A DNA stretch of 64,000 nt from Nemertoderma westbladi (Eukaryota > Animalia > Xenacoelomorpha): assembly GCA_032718475.1 (NCBI GenBank), contig JAUCBJ010009158.1, forward strand, positions 44,143 to 108,142, read 5' to 3'. Shown here in pieces: positions 37,101 through 49,138 of this stretch. Below the pieces are notes generated by a model, which worked only from the letters and a program-made list of their open reading frames with translations, ran no database searches and was not told the DNA's origin. How positions within the stretch are numbered: position 1 is the first letter of the stretch; every line of letters starts with the position of its first letter. The translations under genes and the position numbers were made by a program.

Positions 37101-37230
37101 GGCACCTTTGTCGGTTAACACGGGTTCTTGGAGTGTGAGACTCATTTTGGGACGACATCAGGATGGATTCCTCCTCGTCACTGTCGGGGTATTCTAAACT
37201 GGATTCCGACTCGAATCCATTATTGTACAA
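34180..37230 (-). CDS. Cys-rich N-terminal part of the same transposase polyprotein, function unknown
   Basis: 1016-aa stop-free ORF with several CxxC/CxxH clusters; joins the Rep-helicase frame if one A is removed at 34286-34290 and the TAA at 34050-34052 is read through. Confidence 0.78.
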   Translation of the reverse strand: MYNNGFESESSLEYPDSDEEESILMSSQNESHTPRTRVNRQRCQVCRRICRTSSLYCNAHQMSWSKRNPESNTSRSAASANIESSDSDSDVSRIEKSSAGDSSSSFDLSDDDIDDFTSDGEVIGSDSEVSIQPLEISRHQQCLVCHNTFVAFDSMYYCRSHRAIQAVRSIITLNTNESDIAMVPQSLTHSTEILMCQNCFRWALPSNELDLGYIYCNSVACNKRFGHVNKSSTDNNCAILCTLCTIYLDKQNKSANRQWHFMWPSVLWHLLSVKGVVDDFHPWKFITTSLRESWLPSVSQMHHSLVDVTIETPPPYFRDITTDISVFLDDINSMKLVRLIAALNRHPSCSVRCVYGCHEFLEYSKPISLAAILNEVVPDFTVYCSKHLKYMRPDWMETVKFLEIFQVAPSVTISNEEGLCIRVCKLHKGGNTLRYLHVPPNPVLGSFPCTIPDRLGSAVFVPRTFRTAKAGYASHTYQMWEEQGAYSGMTSFTLTTDRRFDVTDERVGQLESLLLQTRPDCLALLYNLVNNGQLSEQTMEQFINVLKPLDLQGLFSALSKGTALPLSSALALRDQLGTVTVPNLEHIQENDPEHIGSLPDDQIDQVLEQVSLGNVVCNRVQSPVLLADQGDAVVEPLNNHPNIPEPVIGTVVGNPVQFNSSQMRLWPKIVPNVQNCDGYGAMPLVPIIKDNSNLVLYLCSSISLNVDAVWKSLQLSVNDGNFKWCGYLLRYLSKYSKPFTASKNSNRNIPFIKRPTDLQINEVLRNIPSIEGAAPVPQQVATIFSNLNKIENIRIEHRAIISNENVSAFIQNLPPSSEVNVVLISTVERLMDTPRTASFRLLSHLKVERPSPAFSTPFVPAKIISVNHINTWQLRLLATSSSTSAIIYQSYPFGVNGWYIESNKTPTKSPVLPTDILRKWSLAVYTTIYSVDGSLLRDQTLQSMGGQSKVKCATHRHPFIRELRNNIFKCGETLENGSRCKKDGCLEVSSIYCATLQAMRSCTLQEALAVMFFRTG

Positions 37231-40200
37231 GTTACAGTATGAGTCGTGTGTTTCAATCTGGTTAGTACAGTACTTACGTTTTCACCAGAGTTAGTGTCTG
37301 TTGGTAACATGACCTGTACCTCAGGTGGTACTATCTGGCTACTATAGTGATAATTTGGGGATCGTTGGCGTTTGATAGAGGAATCTCGCTGTTTATGGAT
37401 GACGTACCAACAGCAGACAATTCACAGCGGTCGCAAACTTCGGATAAACCCGACCGTTCGTTCGATATAATGCATTGGCATTTGGAACATTTGTTTATAT
37501 GTCGCTTACGTTTTTTGGACACGAAAAGCATTTTGATTTTAGAAAGGATTTAGACCCTTCACCACAGATACTCAGATTTAATAGTTTAATGTAATATTAG
37601 ACTTACAGTACGCCTACACATATATGTTTTATATTGTAATTAACAACAAATAAGGCAAAATTAACCCAATTGATCCAAGTAAATATCCTACAGTACAAAC
37701 AAACATTTACATTTACAAATAAACATTTAAACAGTAACAATAAACATAAACATTTAAACTTTTAAACAGTAACAATAAACATAAACATATAAACATTAAC
37801 AATAAACAAACATTTCCAATATTTAATTAAATAATTCGTATACTTATTTATATTCTGTTGAATATTCGATATATTCAGTAAAGTTCCACGCTTGTCCCAC
37901 AGCAGACTTAACTGGATCCAAGCAGAATTTAAACTTTATCTTTAACAGACTTACTGTATAACAGGTTCGTCGTGGAAATATGAATATATCTGAAAAGTAA
38001 ATAAAATTAATGTAAACGATTAAACGATGGTGGTAAAATAAAAGGTTAATTAGATTAACTAGTTAAGGATTAAAAGGCAGTATATACCAACTGTATAATG
38101 AAAGTAATTTTACCGGTACAGTAGGTAGGCCTACAGTACGTACTGTAATTTATTATTGGCGTATTCAAATTAAATTATTTCCGTCTAATTGAGTCGACGT
38201 AATTCGCAGGAAAAATGTTGTTCCCGTCGCTAATAGATACTGAGTTTTAATTGATAAGATAATTAACGGAAGAACTACTGTTTGTTATGTTGATGATAAC
38301 TATAATAATATTACGTGTTATAATAATTTATTTATATACTACTGTCAGACTAACGGTATCAGTTTATTATGCAGAATAAATCAGCAGGCCATTTACACAA
38401 CGTTGGTGGTAAACTTTTATTTAGTTGAAGAATCATCCGAAGAATCTTTAGGTTAAGTTAAACCTCCTTGTTAGGTTCAACGTTAGGTCCAACCTCCTTA
38501 TAAACACTGTGTGATTATTAAGCACTGAAAGAAAAATATTGCACAATACAGTACTTATACAGTATACAGAATAAATGGAAAGTGACGAAATAAATGTCGA
38601 CCTACAGTATAATACATAGGCTTATACAGTATTATACCATCGAATATGCAGGTTAATGTTATCTGTATCGCAAGCATTTATCATAGCGAACTGCGTACAT
38701 CAATTAATAAAATCTAATAATTTATTGTCACGATATTTTTACCCCTTGAAATTTTGTAATTTATTACATAAAGTACAACATAGGCCTAAATTACAGTTCG
38801 AGTTCGGTATTAGTTATAGGCCTAGTATGAGTTTATATTTAGTAAAACAACTTTTCAATGTGATTCCACCCACATGTGTGTAATTATTATTAAGATACTG
38901 TATGGGAGACCTACGATATTGTTTAAATACAGTACCGGTTGGCATAAGGTACAAGAACAAACTAAACGTGATTAACAAACCTGTTTGTTATACTTTGTTA
39001 CAATAATCTATCATCTGTTTCTATAACATCTGTAACATCTATAATCATCTGTTTCTGTATCTGTAATCGTTATGGGCGGAGAGACGAAGAGTAAGCGATG
39101 AGACGTAGTACGCTAATCGACATTACGACATACTGAATTCGATTAAATCGTCCGCGACCGCTATACTTCTTACCAATGACCAATCAATTTGTTTGATTAA
39201 TTTGTCTGTTTGTTAACCCTTGTCATCAGGTATAATTGGCCAAGTGATACTGTCTGACTGTAGTACTAAGTAAAACAATGACAACAGATGTTACCGATAG
39301 CGAAACTCATTAATTGCCTATCTTAAATAATAATTCAGGTTAAAAACACTTAAAATTTAAGAAACAAAACGTATCCAACCCTTTTGGGCGCCAAAGTAAA
39401 AGATCCTGTACATATACAGTAACTACTGATTGCAGCAACTACACCGGCAGACCGGTACCGCTACCGCTAAGCGCTACCAAAAGCAGACGGCCAGGCTGTC
39501 AGGCAGGCTCAAATACTTTTAGTACCGCGGTAGTAAATGCCACCGGCTTGGTCCTATACCAGGAACCGGTCATCAACTATCTGACCATCTGTTAGTCCAC
39601 TTATATCAGTTATGCTATGCTACTATCAGACTACATGTATGGTCAGATGGTGGTTAAGTAGCCCAACCATAAATACTTCCAGTATTATAAATGCAACTGT
39701 TTGTACAGCCTGACAGCTGTTACTGTAATCACTAGTCAATGTTCAGGCTCCTAAATATATAATTCATTATCAGTTACAGGTACAACCATCAGCGAATCAA
39801 ACTGTCAAATATACTTTCAGTTTTAAACCATAACACTGTTTTAGCTTAAACGTACCGATACCGCTTGTAGGCCTATATCGAGGTGTACTAAATAATTTTA
39901 GTTATTTATTTATTTGCAAACACTACCTACTTTTCTAAATAATGTTAGTTCTTAATTAAGATATTTTAGTTAATTCATCTTTTCGTTCACCTTGGCCTAC
40001 ATTTGGACTTAAGTGTAGGCCTATCCTTAATCAGCTGTATACCCTACCGGTACTAACTACTGTAGGCCTATCAACTACTAAATTTAGTAACTGCGCCGCT
40101 CTGCCGGTAGCTGTAATCAGCAGTGATTTTAGTTTACTGATAATAAAAACTTTTAGTAGGCCGAACAAGACGGTACCGGTAGCGCGGTAGCGTTTCCCTA

Positions 40201-43200
40201 ATCTGTGCCAGTTTAAACTATATAAATTTTAGCAACAGGCAACTCAACTAGGCCTATTATAAAAACTTTCAGTATTCTGAAAGTAAATACCTGCAGCTGT
40301 AATCACATGACAATGGTCAATAATTAATATGTACGGTACTGCAGTCTGGCAGTTCCTTTGACACGATCCATAGGCCTACATACACTTTCAGTTTTAAGCC
40401 AAGGCTTTTCTCATATACTTTCAGTTTGAAAATAAATATGTTCAGCTACATTTTTTAAAGTTACACTGCGTATTTATTTTACCTGGTATACAAAATTAAT
40501 CTGAAATTTGTTTGTATTTATGATCTGTATCGAGTTAGTGGCGCAAATTGTAAGAAATATTGAGTTCTTTTATGATAACTATAAATTATGCATATCATTT
40601 TTAAGCGCCCTTTATTCTATGATGCTTTCCTAATACCCTTCCCAAATATCCTTCCCTAAGTCCCTTAACGCCTTCCTTCATAATACTGAACACATTTGTC
40701 ACAACTGTCATTTTATCGAATATCCCTATTTATGGTAATTACACCAATATTATTATTAAAATACCGGTATATTAAATTATATTAAATTATATTATTATTA
40801 TATTATATATTATAATTTATATTGCATCGTATCTATATGTATCTATCCTAGAGGTCATGTTAACCAAAATTAATGGATGGGCTCGAATTTATTTTATAAA
40901 TTCGTGGCCATCCATTCCTTTCAATTTCATGAGTGCGCTTTAGTTTTCCAATACCCCATTAATTATGCATGGAGATAATTATTATATTCTTATTAAAAAA
41001 ATATAAGAATTATTATTTATACCAGCGGTAATATTATTTATTCAAAATATAATGTATTGATTGATTATTGAAAATGAAAATGATACATTTTTATTTATAC
41101 GGTAACTGTCTAATTCATAGATTAAAGTACAATTTGTGGCTTATATTTCTATTAATTTATAGTTTTTCTAAAAAAATTTGCCTCTACAGCAACTGTATAT
41201 CAACCATAAACCACTTAAAACAGAATTAATGAAATAAACATCCTGCACACACATTATACTGTACAAACATATACATACATATACACATACAGTATATATG
41301 TACAGCATACACGTTTGTTTTTAGTACCTGTAACAATGAATGTAGCTTTGTTTACTTCTGGCAATAATGCTGTAATAATAGGATGCCTGTTTTTCATACT
41401 TCTGCATTCTGTACTTAATACAAAATACAGACATACCTGTACCCTGAGTTACTTACCATAGACCATTATAGACTCCATAGACAGATAGACATACTGTATT
41501 TCAGTATTTCATTAGGCCTACTACAGTACTTGGTACTAATGTGCTGCTGTAGGCTGTATACTGCTATGCTGTTATTGTGATACGGTACAATAAAGAGATA
41601 AGATGCTCTTGATATACTTAAATATGAGATATACTGTATCGTAACTAACTGTCAGACTAACATCGTGGAAGTGCAGGCAGTACCGTACTGCTACTGCAGT
41701 ACAGCAGTATTACTGTATTACTGTATTATGCAGTTATGTAGGCCTAAACAGCTATATGTAACGTTGTAACTGTCGCCATAGCCAGAGCTCTATCAGTTAT
41801 AGAGTCTATAGAGTTGGAGTTATACCGTCAACAGTAAAGGCACGGAAACAGGGAAAGTCTACCTCTACAGCCAGACAGCTGTATGATCAGATGATGTAGG
41901 CCTACAGATGTAGGTGTTCTTCTACTTCTAAAAACACCCTAATACAGTACTACTCTGCTACTGCAGTACTGTACTACTGTGCTGTACTATGTACTATAGG
42001 CTTACATGATACACCGATACCTCGATACAGCAGCTGTACAGTGCAGCAGAGCAGTGATCAGGTGATAGGGAGATGGCCATTACGGCATTAACCTACCGCT
42101 ACCAGTCAACTAGAACTAGTCTCTGAGTCTACGTCGATATGCAGTTATCAGGTTATAATCCCTGAGTACTGACAGACTGAGTACCGGACTGTCGGAAGGC
42201 TGGCAGGAAGCTATCAGTTTCTGAATTACTTATGCAGGCCTACTGCAGTACTGCTACTTCCAGGTTCCAGCTAACCAATGTCTGGATGTGGTAATGTCGG
42301 TCTCGCCATGGAACTCGCCATCATCGGTAAGTTCTCTACCATCGTCTCGGCCGTTCAGCCGGTAAGGGCAGTCAGCTCTGCAGCTGGCTGGCTGGGCAGA
42401 CAGTTGCGCTTTTTACAACAAAGTACCACCATACCTGGCTATTCCTATTCTATATAGCTATCGTTGAGGTTAACCATTAACCTACCTGTTAACAGCTCAG
42501 CTCAATACCACCAACCTAACCCTAAATTCAGCGGTCTGGCTGTATCTCATTGTCTCATGACGTGTGAGTTTTACCGAGTTCGACTTCTATACCACCGCCG
42601 ATCAGCGTCGTTCCTATACAATATCCTACGGCAGTACAGCAGTGTCGGTTGTTGTACTCCCGTTCAGCCGTTACTCGACGATTGGCTACTACTACTGTAC
42701 AACGTCAGTATCTTCACATCGCTTCTGTCAACCGTATCCGTTTCTAACCCGCCGTGTCTCAACAACTTCCGTCTCATCGCGCGTTAAAACGTACTCTATT
42801 CTATCGGCTGTTAGCTAACAGGTTAATGTTCTTTACTACACGTGGTTACATATCTACGAGTTATGTAAATTAGTTCCAGTCTACCAAAACGATATTAATT
42901 AACACGCCGTCCTTGTGTTACATAACTCGAGGATTTTTTATTCACAATGTCATCCCTCTCTGTAACCCTTTCGTAACAGAAGTTATTCCGCAACCCGGCC
43001 CACCACCCATTAAAGCTAACATCTCGTCCTTGAGATGGGAAGGAAATAAAGTTTAGTCGGGATAAATAATAAACTGCGTCCAATTTATTTATTTACTACA
43101 AATATTCATTCGCCCCTATCCTAATCCCCTCCACCTCCCACTCTTATTATTTAATTCGGTTATTATATTTATAGGCCTACTCATTTAATGTTAGTTAATC

Positions 43201-44514
43201 TCATTTAATTAATAATATAACCGGAAGCGGTTTTGTATTAAATCTTTCCTATTTATATATATAAATCTATATTTTATTTCGTTCAATAAAGCCTTACATT
43301 ATATTATACACATGATATGTTTAATATAACTATTTATTATATGTTTCAGCAATATCATTTGCTGCAAAAATATATTTGGTTTATTCGTTGCTGAATAAAT
43401 TTCGATGCTTTATAAAATATATAATTAATCGTTTCTCGTGGCTCCTAATGCACTTTTTACATATACATTTATTTATATGTTGGGGTTTATATCCGTATGG
43501 ATATAAGTATTACGATGTCAGTGTTATTGTTTCCTTATTTCGTATTGTTTTGATATTTTTACAATTAGTATATTTCAGCTCAGTCTGTGTCTCAATTATA
43601 TATTTACCAAACCCAACTCATGGTAAACAAACAATAATGCTGGATCAATTAGTTGTACTAGAGAGAAATATAGAAATCTTAACTTATCCTGACCAAACAT
43701 GGTAACATTGAGTTTGATTGTAAATGCAGATTAACTAACATGTTGCTGAATATATTTATTTGAGTTTGTTGACACGGGATAAATAAAATTATCTGAAAAC
43801 GAATAATAACAAAATTATCAACTAATAAAATCATAAGTATTTTTTGTTACATAACCTTCAAATACGATCTCTATGTTCTACATATCACTCTGATTAAGTG
43901 CCGTTTTTGCACTAATTTATATTATCAGGCGCTGAATAAATTCGTATTAATTCAATAAAAATCAATATATTTAAATTAAATATATTGTAGTTTTATGAGG
44001 ATTCAATATATGGTGGAGTCAGTTCTAATAAGATGATAGAACAAATCCATTAGAAAATGTCAAGAAATGTTTTAACTGAAAGATTACAAATCTAAATTCA
44101 ACGATTTAAATGTTACCACGTAGTCCGTGGTGTTTATATTTCGGTTGATGGTTAATAAACAGGCGGTCCGATTCGTGGCATTACGTGACGAGGTTATATT
44201 GTAGTGAGTAGGAAATCTATTCTAACAGTAAAGTTTATCTGTACTTCAACCTACAAGCAGACTTGATTAAATTATTCTATCCATATAATGCTTTATGTAC
44301 ATTGAGAAAGCGGGTCATATTTTGTAGTATTTTAATTAAAATCACAGGGTTGCTTGGCTACTATAGTTATACATTCTAGAATTATCAATATATAGTTAAT
44401 ATTTTACTATTTTTTCATACAAATTATATTTTCTTGGCTTATATTTTGCTTTTTATACACATAACTGTAAATACTGTATATATTATTGCATACTTATTAA
44501 TGGGATCACTCGGT

Positions 44515-44529
44515 AGTGTGAATGCGGCC
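44515..44529. mobile_element. Displaced right terminus of the Harbinger-type MITE
   Basis: AGTGTGAATGCGGCC then TTA; reverse complement of 21908-21922 with one mismatch. Confidence 0.88.
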
Positions 44530-44734
44530 TTAGATAAACCAGCCCCCACTAAATTACAACTCTTTTCTGGAATACAGTTTAAATAAAACGTGCAGCCATA
44601 AGCACTGGAACTTCCAATACGGTTGCATGCATTATTATAAATGATATTAGGTTTATTTTAAGTCTTATTATACGGTTATACGGCTGCATATCATATTTCA
44701 ACCTTAATTCAAGTGCCTCAAACTATTTAGATAG

Positions 44735-46026
44735 ACCAGCCATTACAAGTAAACTCACGTCTGAGATAAAGTTTAAATAAAACATGCAGCCTTAAGTAAT
44801 GGAGCTGTCTTATGGTTGCATGTCATATTATAATAATAATTATTATGTTTTTTTAGTCATATTTTGGTCAGTTAATAAATACAATATTATATATGATTAA
44901 ATTAGTTAGTTAGTTAAATTATTTAAATGATTTAATCAATTGAAAATATAAAAGAAATGAAAGTACAATAATTTTTAGTTACTAATTTCATCCTGGCTAG
45001 ATAGCACAAACTTCACACTAAATATTGGTACAGAGAGACAAAAGATAGATAAATGGGACGGTTGCAGTAGAAAGGGCACATGTCCCAAAGTTCAAAGCTT
45101 TAGAATACATCTCTGAAACTACCGGACTAATAGATCGACTGACAAACGGAAAGACATACAAACATTACAAATGCTGCCAAACACGAAAACTGATGCCGCA
45201 AATGCGATACGGTAAATGAAGTCAAAGTCCAAGAAAACAGACATTCTCAGGATTTTAGCATTTGTAGGGTGTCATATTGTATTTTGACAGACAGATCGAC
45301 TGACAAACGGACAGACGTATACAAACTGAACAAATGCAGCCAAACATGAAAACTAATACCGTAAATGAAGTCAGAGTCCAACCAGCCATTACAAGTAAAC
45401 TCACGTCTGAGATAAAGTTTAAATAAAACATGCAGCCTTAAGCAATGGAACTCTCTTATGGTTGCATGTCATATTATAATAATAATTATTATGTTTTTTT
45501 AGTCATATTTTGGTCAGTTAATAAATACAATATTATATATGATTAAATTAGTTAGTTAGTTAAATTATTTAAATGATTTAATCAATTGAAAATATAAAAG
45601 AAATGAAAGTACAATAATTTTTAGTTACTAATTTCATCCTGGCTAGATAGCACAAACTTCACACTAAATATTGGTACAGAGAGACAAAAGATAGATAAAT
45701 GGGACGGTTGCAGTAGAAAGGGCACATGTCCCAAAGTTCAAAGCTTTAGAATACATCTCTGAAACTACCGGACTAATAGATCGACTGACAAACGGAAAGA
45801 CATACAAACATTACAAATGCTGCCAAACACGAAAACTGATGCCGCAAATGCGATACGGTAAATGAAGTCAAAGTCCAAGAAAACAGACATTCTCAGGATT
45901 TTAGCATTTGTAGGGTGTCATATTGTATTTTGACAGACAGATCGACTGACAAACGGACAGACGTATACAAACTGAACAAATGCAGCCAAACATGAAAACT
46001 AATACCGTAAATGAAGTCAGAGTCCA
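44735..46026. repeat. 646-bp tandem duplication including 141-bp satellite units
   Basis: 44735-45380 repeated at 45381-46026 (offset checked at two anchors); satellite continues to 46254. Confidence 0.88.
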
Positions 46027-46559
46027 AGAAAAAGTACATTCCCGGGATTTTAGCTTTGTATGGTGTCATATTATATTTTGACAGACAGATTGACTGACAA
46101 ACGGACAGACATAATATACTGTTCAATTGGGGCCAAACATGAAAACTGATACAGTAAATGAAGTCTGAGTCCAAGAAAACAGACATTACCGTGATTTTAG
46201 CTTTGTAGGGTGTCATATTATTTTTCGACAAACGAACAGACATACAAACTGTACACGAAGTGGGGACTTCGCGCAGCACGAAGTTGGCAGAGCCTTAGCG
46301 AATTGACACTGTTAGGTATAGCGGGGTTATAGGCCTACTGTCCCATTGTAGTAGTAGCTCATTATAGGGAAGGATAGCAGTGCCTGTTGGGGATATACTG
46401 GTTACTGCAGTACCGGTACTGTGTGTACTACCTACCGGTATTATTCTGTTCGGTTGCGATATTATAAGTTCACATTGCATTTATCATATACAGATATAGT
46501 CTGATAGTTTTTACATTGGCACCAAAAGCTAACCGGGCCTGTTATTCACTTTTTATTAT

Positions 46560-47474
46560 ATGAGACACAATCAGACAATGGCACCGAAACTCTCGGACTA
46601 TGTGGCCAAATATGACGGGACGGGAGATCCGTGTTCCTGGCTTACCATATTCGACGACACGTTCGAGATATTACGGGAAGAAGCTAAATTAGAAGAAGGA
46701 AGCCGTGCTACGTATCTGAGGTTGTCACTCAAGGGGGCGGCCCACGATGTAATATCCCAACTGTCAGAAGCCGAGAAAAAAGATTGCGCAATCATCAGGA
46801 AGATGCTAATCCAGGCGTTCGCCGACACCCCATACGCGGCGTACGACAAGTTCAAACAGAGAGTCCTCGGCGACGAAACGGCAGATTCATTTCTGGCTGA
46901 TTTGAGAAGGCTTCTATCATTGATAACGGAAGATACTAGAAGTCAATGTGCGACCGATCTCCTAGCTGTTCAGTTCGCTAATGGCCTTCCAAACAGTGTG
47001 AGAATGGAGGTGAAGGCGATGGCGGGAAACGTGGGAATCGATGAGTTGTTGCAGCAGGCGAGACGAATGCTGGCAGAGCGGAATGGTATGGATAGTGTCT
47101 GGGGTGCCGCTGGGTTTAGTAGTCGCAGGGGGTCAGGGCATTCAGAACAAAGTAATCGTGGACATGATCGGGAAATTGGATCGTGGGGCGGGATGAGGCA
47201 GTCAGTTGAGTGCTATCGGTGCAGAAAAGCAGGGCATTTCGCCCGCGAATGCACCAGCCAGGAAACCAGTGGCGGTGGTGGTGGTAATGCCTGGTCGACG
47301 AATAGGGCCGATAATACAAACGCCAAACCGAAGGGTTGTTTTAGGTGCGGCCAGGTGGGGCACATCGCGCGGGGGTGCCGCAGTGGCGGGAATGGTGCGC
47401 TCGGTTGGGCGAACGCGGGAAACGAACTGGGGGAGACGTTGTCGCGGCCCACGGGCGCCTCCCCGAGAAATTAA
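46560..47474 (+). CDS. gag: Gag with two CCHC zinc knuckles
   Basis: CYRCRKAGHFAREC and CFRCGQVGHIARGC; KYDGTGDP...W capsid-like start. Confidence 0.9.
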   Translation: MRHNQTMAPKLSDYVAKYDGTGDPCSWLTIFDDTFEILREEAKLEEGSRATYLRLSLKGAAHDVISQLSEAEKKDCAIIRKMLIQAFADTPYAAYDKFKQRVLGDETADSFLADLRRLLSLITEDTRSQCATDLLAVQFANGLPNSVRMEVKAMAGNVGIDELLQQARRMLAERNGMDSVWGAAGFSSRRGSGHSEQSNRGHDREIGSWGGMRQSVECYRCRKAGHFARECTSQETSGGGGGNAWSTNRADNTNAKPKGCFRCGQVGHIARGCRSGGNGALGWANAGNELGETLSRPTGASPRN

Positions 47475-49138
47475 ACTGTGGCATACCGAGTGTGGGGATT
47501 AGAGTGAACGGGCCGCGAGGAATAATAAGGTCGGACGCAATTGTAGATACAGGCTGTAGCTGCAGCTTGGTTACGGCGAAGTGGTGTAGAATCAACCAAA
47601 TTGATATAAAGACGAGTAGATGGAACCCAAAGATATTGATGCTGGACGGGACATCGCAAAGTCAAGCTATTGGAACTGTTACTCTCTCTATAGTAGAAAT
47701 AGCGGGACGGAAACAGGATATTGAATGGTCTTTTTTAGTCTTAGAGCATTTATTAGGTGGTTCGGAAGACCTAATAATGGGCTACGACTTAATAAAACAC
47801 GTCGGATCTCAAACTCTCTCTAGTGCGGTTTTCGGAATGGCCGGTGTAATGTCCACTGCGAATAACAACGATGAGACGGTGCGACAAGTGGATGAGATTG
47901 CTAGCGACGGAAAACAACTGGAAGACCTGATTGTCATTGAGGATACAGACTTTAAAGCGGTGTATAACGGAAAGCAATGGGTGGCAAATTGGAAGTGGAA
48001 AAACGGGAAACCACCAATTTTGAACAATAAAGTGAGCCAGTACAAAATACGGAAGGAGCATGTTGGAATGTTCGAGACTGCCATGAAAGAATGGATAGAC
48101 AATGAGTGGATAGTACCATACAACAAACAACGCCATGGAGAGGTGCGGGGGACCATCCCTTTGATGGCCAAGTACGAACCCAAAAAGAACCGTGTTCGAC
48201 CCATATTAGACTATCGAGAGATGAACGAATATATAGAAAACTCCCCCGGAATGGATGCGGCGGTGTGCGGGGAGAAAATGCGACAATGGCGAAAAATGGG
48301 TAAGGACACTGCACTCATCGACCTCAAGTGGGCATACATGCAGGTCAAGATAAGAGATGATTTACTACCATACCAAACGATAGTTTACCAAGGTGAAAGA
48401 TATGTGGTCACAACTATGGGATTTGGGCTTGGGGTGGCCCCGAAAATAATGGACAACATTGTCGAGCGAGCATTGTCTCAAGATAAAGGCATAAAGGAAT
48501 CCACTGACAACTTTCGCGACGACATTTATGTGAACACCGATATAACGACAACTGACGCGGTGAGAGACCATTTGCTGCAATATGGCTTAGTAACAAAGAG
48601 GGCCGAACCTGTTCGTGAGGGAAGCCGTATTTTGGGAGTTCGAATAATAGAAAAGGATAGAATGAATCATCACTGGACTAGAGAAGCGGGTACTCCAACA
48701 GAAGTGCCAATGGGACTAACTAGGCGGCAACTGCATTCAATATGTGGACAGCTGAAAGGCCACTATCCGGTGGGTGGTTGGATCAGACCAGCTTGTGCGT
48801 GGTTACAGAGATGCAGCTCGAAAATAGGTTGGGACACTCCAGTTAGCAACAAAATACGAGAAAAACTGCAAGAAACACTAACGCGAATTCAAATAGATGA
48901 TCCGGCAACTGGGGAATGGGCGATATCCATGACCGACAGTGGAGAAGTGTGGACCGACGCTAGTTCGGTGGCGAAAGGAGTGGTGTTAAAAATTAATGGT
49001 GCAGTTGTAGAAGACGCAGCGTGGCTGCGAAAAGCGGGCGACACTAACCACATTAACGTTGCAGAATTAGATGCGGCCATAGAGGGAGTAAACTTAGCTC
49101 TGGACTGGGGAATAACGAACCTCGACCTATTCACCAAA
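47417..49138 (+). pseudogene. pol: Pol (protease, RT, partial RNase H) in the -1 frame, truncated
   Basis: IVDTGCS, RPILDYREMN, IDLKWAYMQ, MGFGL, NFRDD, WTDAS...INVAELDA; ORF track 47345-49237, whose last ~33 aa read into the host element. Confidence 0.87.

Larger units (their letters stand above)
25955..44514 (-). mobile_element. 18.56-kb Helitron-like rolling-circle element with atypical termini
   Basis: Bounded by ACTCGGT at 25948-25954 and 44508-44514; GC-rich hairpins at the downstream end; encodes HUH + SF1B helicase + GIY-YIG. Confidence 0.82.
46310..49138 (+). mobile_element. 3'-truncated Gypsy-like LTR retrotransposon
   Basis: Putative 5' LTR TGTTAGG...TTTTACA (46310-46515) followed by PBS-like TTGGCACC; gag and PR-RT-RH; breaks off inside RNase H with no integrase or 3' LTR. 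Confidence 0.82.

Noticed and set aside
21908-44529. A single 22.6-kb Harbinger transposon carrying a helicase gene
   Set aside because: The TIRs and TTA TSD belong to a ~220-bp MITE; its right TIR is split at ACTCGGT by the later insertion, and no DDE transposase or Myb/SANT ORF is seen.
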